Below, piece after piece: positions 12,237-22,059 of a DNA stretch of 64,000 nt. Made by a program: the position numbers and the translations under genes. The notes below the pieces were generated by a model that saw only the letters and a list, made by a program, of their open reading frames with translations, searched no databases and was not told where the DNA came from. This DNA comes from Lytechinus pictus (lineage: Eukaryota): NCBI RefSeq assembly GCF_037042905.1, contig NC_087251.1, positions 17,858,001-17,922,000 of the forward strand, in the 5' to 3' direction. How positions within the stretch are numbered: position 1 is the stretch's first letter; every line of letters begins with the position of its first letter.

Positions 12237-13150
12237 GGTGTGTTGGCTCATACCCCTTTCATATTGCGCCTTTCACCGGCGAAGTTCGCCAGCGAAGGGG
12301 AAAGTGTCCAGTATGAAAGGTACACAGGAGAACTTCACCGGTGAAGTTCGCCGGTGAACTTCTCCACCTCTAGAGGTGGAGAACTTCGCCGGCGAAACTG
12401 TTTCACCGGTGAAGTTCGCCGGTGAAAAGGCCAGTATGAAAGCAAACCGGAGAACTTCTCCTCTTTAATGACGTCAGAGGTCAATTTTTTTTCTCTCCCA
12501 TAGTCCCCTGCACCGAGATTCCGCGCGCGATAGTTGCAAGCTCAGCTGAATGCTATGGCCAAGTAGATACCCTCGAACATTTTTTTTTTTTTTTACTAAC
12601 AATATTTATTAAAAAGCACTTTTTACATGTATAAAATGCGCTAAGATATAAAAACAAGGTGATATTGTTTGTTTTTATCGTAATACTTCCAAAATATGTT
12701 GTAATTAATTTTTTTGATACCTTTTTGTAATAGGTAAGAAGTAATGTTTACAATTTTCTTTCGTTTGTTCTGCAATCGCCCGTTGACTTTCGCCGGGGAA
12801 GAAATGTCAGTGCGAAAGGGTACATTTTTTTCTTCGCCGGGGAAGTGAGGAATGCGAGGCGGAGAAGTTCGCCGGCGAAGTTCGCCGGTGAAAAATGAAG
12901 AGGGCACTATGAAAGGGGTATCAGTTGGAAGAGTGTCCGTCTCACAACCGGGAGTTCGGACATCGGCCGCATCAGATCAAAAGACGTTAAATGTGGGAGT
13001 TGCTGCTACCCTCTTTGACAATGTGATTAAAGGGAAAGAGCCTCGTCGATTTGGCGCTGTACAGCGGCTGCCGGGCCCACAATTAATTGGGCAAAACAAA
13101 TTTTCAGAGTATTATGTCTATTTGGAACAAGAAAACATGGATTTTCATTT
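12237..13150 (+). mobile_element. tRNA-derived SINE with Meta-like core, A-box split by a MITE
   Basis: Reconstructed head ggtgtgttggctca|gttggaagagtgtccgtctcacaaccggga; core 'caaaagacgttaaatgtgggagttgctgctaccct...gattaaaggg' resembles the recalled Meta-SINE domain. Confidence 0.7.
12251..12920. mobile_element. PIF/Harbinger-type MITE (TCA TSD)
   Basis: TIR TACCCCTTTCATA / TATGAAAGGGGTA; TCA at 12248-12250 and 12921-12923; many palindromic TTCRCCGGYGAA copies. Confidence 0.9.
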
Positions 13151-13744
13151 TTTTCTCTCATTTTTTTTCCTTTTCAGAGGCTTGCACAGAAACTGAAATG
13201 GCTACTGAATGTGGGTTCTCAAGTTGTTTTAGAGAAGTATCCAATATCAAACAGGATAGACCATCGCCTCAGATATCATAATGAAAAGGAGAATCTCAGA
13301 TGGCTGGGATTAGTTGAGTCTGTGAACATGATAGCTATTAAAGAGCTCTTTGAAAAACAAGTGTATCATATTTTGATTGGAGGGAAATGTGTGGGGACGA
13401 CAGGGTCATTCGAAGTCTACTTGGCTACCGATTTCCTCAATCAAGATTGAATATCAGTTTGTCTCATTAACAAGCCAAATATAGCATGTAGGACATTAGA
13501 ATATGACCTCATGCATCTCATATTTCACACTATTATATCTTAGCAACTATACATAGAATTTTAGGAATAATATATCTATGTTAATAGTATAGGCAAATCT
13601 GCATACAAAATATGTGTATTACTTAATTATGTTAATTGATTATTACTCTCTTAAATTCTGTAAATTTTGAGTCAATTTAATAGATTTTAGTCAGGGACCA
13701 ATCCAAAATTATTGCCCATTACACAAATTGTCTTCAACCACCAG

Positions 13745-13920
13745 TCTGGTGTGTAGTGTATGTGCATCCTGGTGTGTGTGGTTGTTTGTGGTAAGGTTGT
13801 GTGCGTGGTGTTAGAGGTGAGTGTTGTGTTGGTATGTGTTAGGGTGAGTGTGTGTGTGTATGAGAGGGTGTGTGTATTATTATTGTTTTTTTTTTTTTTT
13901 TTTTTTTTGGGGGGGGGGTT
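13745..13920. repeat. Degenerate (GT)n microsatellite followed by poly-T/poly-G
   Basis: Directly visible low-complexity tract. Confidence 0.85.
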
Positions 13921-13948
13921 ATATCCACTGCGTCTAGCAGTAGCAGTT

Positions 13949-14590
13949 GGTCAAGTTCTCTGATCGTCTTACACCATACGAGCTAGACCCATTTACTATA
14001 GCAACAGTTTGGTCTAACTTCCACTTGGTCTAATGTATAGGATTTGGTCGAATATAATTGGTCAGTATAATTGCCGAATCATCGAAAAGCCTAATAGTCT
14101 AATCGCCTTTTCGTCTAAATCCCAAATAAATATTTCAAGTCTGTTACAGGAATTGACCAAGTGGTGTTAGACCAAATAGACCAAATAAATATTAGACCAA
14201 ATGAAAATTAGACGGAAAGGTAAAAAGGCAAAATTACATTTAGATCAAAAGGTAAACTGAGTGTTGACGAAATGGAATTAGACCATGTATAGGATGAGGC
14301 TAAACGGCCATTAGTCAAATCGCATTGAGACCAACTGGCAATTTACCTTAGGGGAGGCTAATTTAGAGAACAGCAGCAGAGCCCGTAGAAAATTCGGTTT
14401 TTACCCACATGGTATTAACATCAGTTGGACTAATTCTCTGTTTGTCTAATTACACATGGGCTTAACCCATTTGGTCTAATTAAAATTTGGTCTAATATGC
14501 AATTGGTCTAATATATACTTGGTCTAATTCTCATTTGGTCTAATGACCAATTCCTCTAATAGCCAAATGGTCTAATTGCATTTGCAACTC
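13949..14590. mobile_element. Two degenerate MITE-like elements built of TTGGTCTAA/TTAGACCAA subterminal repeats
   Basis: TTGGTCTAA copies on the left and inverse TTAGACCAA copies at 14167-14335, ending 'ggcaatttacc' (~14347); a second partial array at ~14410-14580. Confidence 0.6.
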
Positions 14591-15546
14591 TACATTACCT
14601 ATTTTGTTTGTTAAGTGAAATGGGGCAACAATTTGTGGTGTCCACTCCTCCACAAATTGTCGCCTAAATGAGGTGACATTTTGTGCAAGGGTGACAATTT
14701 GTGGTGTCAAATTTAGCACAAATTGTCTCGGGGCGACAATTTGTGGTGCAGCATATCATCAGCAACTCTGACACAGGGTTTATAAGTGGTAATTGGTAGT
14801 GAGAACATTCTTTAAAGTAGCACACATATATACATGTATTTTTTATATATTTGGTTAACACATTAGCAAATGAACTATCAAGGTAAACAAAATAAATCAA
14901 TAATCATTAGATGGAATAAAGGAAAGGGGTTTGAGAGTAATTATCAAAGGTAATTTACCATCCCAGCACCTCACAAGGTGTAAGCACATTTTCAAGCGAA
15001 ATGTCAGTTGTGATAATCTAATTCACTTCTGTCAACGATGTTTCCTGCAGAGTAGTGCATTATCACAGGTCCTACTAATTAGTACTATCCTATGCATGCT
15101 CAGAGAGAGTGACATGATATCGACAAGGTCAAGCTAAAAAACGTTGACACAATATAAAGAAAACTACATACATAGCGGATCAGCAATATTACAAATGATA
15201 TGTGTCTTGATTTTAAACATAAACAGAAAGTCATGGTGAGTAATTATTTTTGAAAGTATTTGATATTGAAGTAAACTGCTGTTATCACATCACGATGTAG
15301 TAAGTTCTAAGACAAGGATGCATTTGTAGCACCCTTTTGGTGCTACATAACATATTATATGTAGTGAAAAGGATAAAGACCTTGTAATACCCCCCCCCCC
15401 CTTGTATGGATATCGAACATCCATAACTGGATGGTCAGAGCGGAGAGTTTTTATGACCTCTGTGCAGACTGAGAGAGAGTGAGCGAAAGAGAGAGCCAAT
15501 GGTCAGTTCTGGCTAGTGTGAGCATTATAGGTCCATGGTGTGAGTC

Positions 15547-15653
15547 TAGTCTGCTATGCAGACTCTGAATGGCTCGTGAAGTGGGATCTGCAGCTGGTTT
15601 GCGAAGCAAACCAGCCTGAAAGGGCGAGCGAAGCGAGCCATTTCAGAGTCTGC
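15547..15653. mobile_element. Short palindromic element, Academ-like (TAG terminus)
   Basis: Starts TAGTCTGCTATGCAGACTC (identical to the start at 21987); inverted repeat gcagactctgaatggctcg / cgagccatttcagagtctgc. Confidence 0.55.
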
Positions 15654-15948
15654 TTCTTCTTTGGAAATCTTGTTCCCACGGTCAAAATAAGTCCCACCCA
15701 CCCAAAATTTCAGAGAGCTTTCATTGGATAACTTGATCTGTCTGTAAACCAAATTTTATGACCACTGAGGAGTATAGATAATCCCCTACTTCAACCACAG
15801 AGCCATGAGCAGGGTTATTATGTAATACCCTCGCTCAGGCCATCAGACAGTGTTTACTTTCCACTGAGCAGCTGCATGTATGGCCAAAACCTTGCTCCAT
15901 GGCCCAAAATAGTGGATGGTTTTATCATAGCTGTATAGTATATATATA

Positions 15949-16730
15949 TTCAATTCAATTCAATCTTTATTTCGCAAATAGGATAAAAATACAAGGAAAC
16001 ATCAAATAATGTGATTAGATAATAAAAATAAATTGCGTGGCTTCCCATGAAGGTAATAAGAAACATGTGAGGCTCGCCAAAACATAGTAAAAACAAAACA
16101 ACATTAATACAAAACAGAATATCATATCATTATAGTTAATAGTGTATATAAAAAGGAGAAAAAAAAACACGAGTTGAGGGGGGTAGATACGTTACAAATA
16201 TGCATTGATATCATGTGTGAGAATTAATAATAATTTACTAGAAAATTTGAATACTGTTTTCTAAAAGAATATATAAATTGTGAATTAGTTATTATTTGGG
16301 GAATCTTATTCCATTGTTTGGGACCTACATAACTCAGCTTCGTGACTATAGACCTAATAGACCATAAATGAAATTTATTGGAAGAACGGGTATTATGGTT
16401 ATGAACTTGATTATTGCATTGAAAAAGATCTGAAAACTACATGGGTAACAACTACCTCTTCTTGAACTTATAGATAAATATTGTGAGTTCTCGCTTATTA
16501 AATAAAGGTGCGGATGGTGCTATTAGAATAGGTAATTATTCTTAAACATTTCTTTTGAATATTGAGTCCAATTCATATGAGGTTACATTGGTATTGCAAT
16601 ATTTTAAATAAGAGAAAATCATGGAATGGTATAAAGTTATCAGATTTTTATGAAGCAAACTAAGCCTAAGTTTGTAAATTAAACCAGTATTCCTTAAAAC
16701 ATTTATCATATGGTACTTAAAACCCAAAAT
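15949..16730 (-). mobile_element. Degenerate 3' fragment of a CR1/L2-clade LINE
   Basis: Minus-strand peptides 'RNTGLIYKLRLSLLHKNLITLYHSMIFSYLKYCN', 'VHNHNTRSSNKFH' and 'GPKQWNKIP' are typical of the CR1/L2 ORF2 C-terminus; (ATTGA)n tail after AATAAA at ~15949-15972. Confidence 0.8.
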
Positions 16731-17752
16731 ATCAAACTCAAAAACACCATTCTCATAAAATTCAGAACTTAAATATTAAATATGATAGTTTACAAAATGA
16801 AAATCTTAAATTTCACGATTGTAAGTTTGTAAACTATCATACTTTTAATCAAACAGGATAGCTATGTTTTATTTTGTTCCTGTTTGGAATTAACTTCTAA
16901 CCATAGTTTCTTGATTGGACCTTGTATTTGTAGTCACTTCTCCATGCTACTGTATTCAACCTGTTTTACTGTTATGTTAGCTCAGTTTGATATTAATTAG
17001 CCTTAATTAGCCTTGTGTAAGTTGTCATGCCCAGCAACATTCGTTCACCTTTGTATTAAAAGTGTTTTTATGCCAGCCATAATGTATGTGATAATCAGGT
17101 ACTTTCAAACTCAAAAGTATGCTGAATGAAAATGTTGGCAATTTTTTTATATAAACCTAAATCGGATCTATTTGATTTAAATCAGATTTTTTTAAATTTC
17201 AATCTGATTTTTTCTAACAAATTTTTTTTAACAAAGTGCAAACACCCAAAATATAACCCTTCACACTGACATCAATTTTAAAATTATGCATTTCACCACC
17301 AAAATTATTCTTAACTATTTCATAATCAAATCCAGTCAAAATATAATTTATAGAAAATATTAAAGCCATAAAGAAGCTGACATTTTCTGCTGTGTCTAAA
17401 GTACATGTAGAGAGCTTCTACTTATTGGTTCAAAGGAACTGTCTTGGTACAGCTAATGCTGCAAACATGCAAAGTTGGTGCTCAATTTCAAAGCTCTTGG
17501 TATTTAATGAGGATCAGTTTAATTGGAAGAATTCCATGACTCAGAGATTCAAGTTCTCCAAAGAGATATATTTTTTAAATTTTATTTTCAGGTCAAGGAT
17601 TGAAGATCATACATGTTAAAGAAAACTGCATTTATCTTTTGTTTGTTTCAACCCCAAGTTGTTCTTTGAGCCACAGTTGGAACGACTGTTTCAAAGCATT
17701 GGCTTTCAAAGCTTTGACCGACTGCATTTATTTTTGTTTGTATCAACCTTAA

Positions 17753-18347
17753 AGGAATGGACCGGGCTGAAAATATTCAGATCTAAATAAATAGAGTAAA
17801 ATGATGAAAATTTCACCAAAATTGGATGACAAATAACAAAGTTATTGTATTTTAAAGTTTATCAGTATTTTGTGAAAACAGTTATATTTACATCGTCATG
17901 AATGTTCATTTGGTGGGTTGATGATGTCACATCCCCTCTTTCCTTTTTCTTATAACATGAAATCATAATTGTTTCATTTTTTTATACATGTGTAAATAAT
18001 GTGTCTCCATTATGATGAAATAAGTTGCGGCAATAAATAACTAATGTACTTAATTAGTTGCCAATTCAATTGTTTTTAGTTCTTGGTAAATTCCTTTTAA
18101 TAAACCTAATTTCACATAATCATAATCAAAAGAACAAGTGGAGATATGCCATCATAAGCCCAACTAACGGATATTCATGAAGACATGCCTAGAAATGTTT
18201 TACCGGAATAATCGAAAAGAAATCTTTAAAATTCAATAACTTTGTTATTTGTTATCCGATTTTGATCAAATTTCAGTATTTTACTCTGTGAATTTTACTT
18301 TATTTATTGATACATGTATCATAATTTCTCCAGCCTGGACAATTCCT
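17753..18347. mobile_element. Kolobok-type MITE (TTAA TSD)
   Basis: TTAA at 17749-17752 and 18348-18351; termini AGGAATGGACCGGGCTG / CAGCCTGGACAATTCCT; long internal inverted arms. Confidence 0.85.
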
Positions 18348-19259
18348 TTAAGTTCTTCTTTGAGCCATAGTTGGAACTATTTGACTGTTTCAAAGCATTG
18401 GCTTGCAAAGTTTTGACAAACTTCCAAGTTGATTTAAATGATTTCGTTTACAATAAACTGGAAAACTAGTATTTTAGCAGCAGTTTTGCTAGAATAAGAA
18501 AACGGGTTCCCTTATACTACTGTGTCGGCCTATTTACTTGAATACAGGAACATGTAAAGGAATAGAAATGTTAAAATATCGGTGTATTGGGTAAGCAGGG
18601 ACGTTGCCGATTTTTACTTTTATTGTACTCAATTCAAAATATTCACTTAAAAATGTACAAACATAAATCATTTTGGCAAAGGGCACTAAAATGTATAGTT
18701 GTTATGATTTAGTCATGTTAGTGCCCTTTGCCAAGAACATTCATACATATTTTAAAATAAATGTACATGTACTTAATTACTGAACCTTTTTCAGTGAACT
18801 GGCTGAATGAAGCACAATCCTACTCAGAATGTCTGAACAGGCTTTTTCTAGTATAGGATCCATGGTTATAACCCATCCTGGCAAAAATCTATCATGTTGA
18901 GATTCAGCCTAATTAGTTCAGAGTTCCTTTACTTTCTTGAAAACTGCCCTCTAAAACACTTTTGAATTTTGACATAAAGAAACAAGAAATTTGTTTTACT
19001 ATTAACAAAGTCTACTCATACATACAAGTTGAGTAGGGGTCGCATATAATGTAGGCTACATGTTCATCTTTGGTTTTGCAAGATTGACTTGATTTCATTG
19101 ATTTGATTTCAATTGTTCTGAGTAGATATGAAGGATTTATTCCTGTTCTCATGATATAAAGTTGGTAAAATCTTTCTCTTTTTAATTTAAAAAGTAAAAC
19201 TGCCACAAACAATAAAAAATCCCAAATAATTTGTACATGTTTCAATGGAAGTGATTTAA

Positions 19260-19590
19260 AGGAAAAGTCATGCACCCCAACAAAAAGCTGCTTTGAATAG
19301 TAAGAGAAAATCAGACAGGCATAACGCTGAAAATTTCATCAAAATCCGATCTAAAAGAAGAAAGTAATGACGTTTAAAATTTTTGCTTAATTTCACAAAA
19401 CCGTGGTTATATGCAAATCCTTGTCGGTATGCAAATTAGGGCGATGACATCACTCATTTTTTTATTTTTTTTTTATTATGTGAAATATGAAATATTTTTA
19501 TGAAAAAAAATCATTCCTCCCTGACCATGTGGGATTACATTGTTTTAACATTTTGTAGTTCAAACAAGAGGGTCCTATTTGTTAAAAGAC
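19260..19590. mobile_element. Truncated Kolobok-type MITE (left arm)
   Basis: ttaa-AGGAAAAGTC...gctgaaaatttcatcaaaatccgat, homologous to the left arm at 20476. Confidence 0.7.
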
Positions 19591-19594
19591 ATAT

Positions 19595-19815
19595 CCCTGC
19601 CCCCCCCCCCTGACGAGCTTGAAAGACCTTTATTGCCCCCCCCCCCTGACAAACTTGAAGGCCTTTTTCTTTTTTTTTGCATGTCAATATTTTTTCTGGT
19701 ACGAAAACCTTTATTTTAGTTCGATTGAGGACCTTTTCTTTCTTTTTTTTTTTGCTTGTCAAATTTTTTGGCGGGCAAATTTTCCCCTCCTGTGGAAAAT
19801 CCTAGGTACGCCACT
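19595..19815. mobile_element. hAT-like MITE end fragment
   Basis: Ends in 'aatcctaggtacgccactg' (reverse complement CAGTGGCGTACCTAGG) with poly-C tracts; no partner TIR seen. Confidence 0.5.
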
Positions 19816-19914
19816 GCTGTAGTGTATGCTACTTCTTCTAAAAAAAAATGCATTTCATAGGCGGATCCAGGGTGGGCCCGAGGTGTCCGGTGTGATGATG
19901 AACAGTGTATATTT

Positions 19915-20054
19915 CAGGGGCCGTGGAAATGGTTTTCAAAGTAGGGGGGGGGGGGGCTGATGACGCAAAAAATCACAATCATATGGTCATTTTTACGATT
20001 ATGTACACGGCTTTGAAAGTGGGGTCACCCCCCCCCCCGCTTCCGCGGCCCCTG
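19915..20054. mobile_element. Small hAT-like MITE with 5-bp TSD (TATTT)
   Basis: TIR CAGGGGCCGTGGAA / TTCCGCGGCCCCTG; TATTT on both sides; homologous to 39934-40060. Confidence 0.85.
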
Positions 20055-20475
20055 TATTTCATGTGCAATGGGGATGTCTGAATCTCATCTGTAAATGAAA
20101 TATATATAATTTATCTTTATTTGATATTAGCCATAAAACAAAACATCAAAACATTCACAATAGGCTTAATGAAGAAGGAAACATTGAAGTCGAAAGAATA
20201 GAATTATAAAGAAAATGTGAAACTAAATGCTAATGGCAGGGCAAACAAAACTTAATTTATTAAGATGTAAGAAGAAGGAACGGAAAAGAAGAAAAGAGAC
20301 AAAGAGAAAGAGAAAGAAAAGATAACAAGAAGGAAAGGAAGGGGAAGAAATAAAGAGGGTATAAGAAAGGAGAACAAGTCATATCTTATGTGAGTAGTAC
20401 ATAAGGTTAATGTTGCACGCTAAAATTTCATATAATTTCTTATTTTGTACTTTAGAAAACGGTTTGGTTCATTAA

Positions 20476-21066
20476 AGGTCAAGTCTACCTCAGAAAAATG
20501 TTGATTTGAATCAATAGAGAAAGATCAGACAAGCACAATGCTGAAAATTTCATCAAAATCGGATGTAAAATAAGAAAGTTATGACATTTCCAAGTTTCGC
20601 TTATTTTTAACAAAATAGTTATATGAACGAGCCAGTTACATCCAAATGAGAGAGTCGATGATGTCACTCACTCAATATTTCTTTTGTTTTATATTGTTTG
20701 AATTACACAATATTTCAATTTTTACGAATTTGATGATTAGGACCTCTTTGCCTGAAGCATAAAATGTTAAACGTGTTCAGGGAGGAATGAAACTTCATTT
20801 CACCATGACAATGACAAGAAAATAAAAATATTTCACATTTCATATAATAAAATACAAAAGAAATAGTGAGTGAGTGATGTCATCAGTTCCCTCATTTGCA
20901 TACCGACCGAGATGTGCATATCAAATTGTTTTGTGAAATGAAGCGAAACTTTTAAATGTCATAACTTTCTTATTTTACATCCGATTTTGATGAAATTTTC
21001 AGTGTTATGCTTGTTGAATTTTTCTCTTTTTATTCATATCAAGTTTTGTTGGGGTGGACTTGTCCT
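20476..21066. mobile_element. Kolobok-type MITE (TTAA TSD), full length
   Basis: TTAA at 20472-20475 and 21067-21070; AGGTCAAGTCTACC / GGTGGACTTGTCCT; long palindromic arms. Confidence 0.9.
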
Positions 21067-21119
21067 TTAATCAATCAGTTCCATTATATTGTAGAAATGA
21101 TAAAGATACACGTAGGATG

Positions 21120-21490
21120 ATAAATAACATTAAAAAAAACAGGACATTGGAGGAAAGGAAGAAGAATGAGAGAGCAAATGAAATAAAAATGAAAATAAAA
21201 TTAGAAAAAATAAGAAAGGAGGAGGAAGGGAAAGAATGAAAGAAAGAAAGAGAGAGAGAGAGAAAGAGATAAAAATGAAAAAAAAAGGAAGGAAAAAATG
21301 AATGAATGAAAGAAAGAAAAAGGAAGAAAGGAAAGGAAAGAAAGGAAGATAGAAAGAGAAAAAGAAGAGAGAAAAAAGAAAGAAAACAAAAGAGAAGAAA
21401 AGAGGATCGAAGAAAAAAAAATCAAGAAGAATGAAAAGAGGAAAAAAGAAAAAAAGGAAAGAAAGGAAGAGAAAGAAAGAAAAAGACAAG
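21120..21490. repeat. Purine-rich (GA/GAAA) low-complexity tract
   Basis: Almost only A and G; a similar tract lies at ~20270-20375. Confidence 0.9.
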
Positions 21491-21986
21491 GTTTATTCCA
21501 TGTCACTTATAAAAGACCCGGGGGGGGGGGGGTGATCAGGGCATCTTCTACACATTCATATACTGTATTAGTTCCATACACGTTCCTTGCTGTAACAAAA
21601 AATGTTTCAAAATATGCCCTATGCTATTATAACCATGAGCTATACAGACTTTGGTATCATCATGGACCTATCATCCAAACCATTCCATCTCCTGACTACT
21701 CAAGTACATTCATATATGTATCTATGCATGTATATGGATCCTATGTGTATGTAGCAAGCCCCAAAAGTGAAAGAGGAGTATACCCTATTTGTTTAAATTC
21801 CACAAGATAAGAAATGGTCAGAACAGCTGGATCCTAATCCCTCTCTTGCCCCTACTTCCACAAATCTGCTGTCAATCATGGTATCTACTGGCAACGGAGG
21901 GTTTCAGCAAGCTCCGCCTTGTGTACACGTTTCGTGTACATTGGTCAAACATGTTGTAGACCCAGATCTGCAGGCTCTAGTAGACC

Positions 21987-22059
21987 TAGTCTGCTATGCA
22001 GACTCCTTGAATCAGCTGTGATACACACACTGCAGATGTGGGTCTACAGTTGTAGACTA
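21987..22059. mobile_element. Very short Academ-like element (TAG...CTA)
   Basis: TAGTCTGCTATGCAGACTC ... GGGTCTACAGTTGTAGACTA; same left end as 15547. Confidence 0.5.

Noticed and set aside
536..13196. ORFs at 536-907, 547-888, 3726-3980, 10644-10982, 12641-13196
   Set aside because: All lie in tandem repeats, MITEs or SINEs and show no transposase or other domain.
21054..21506. Phe/Leu/Ser-rich and Lys/Glu-rich ORFs
   Set aside because: Translations of a GA-rich low-complexity tract.
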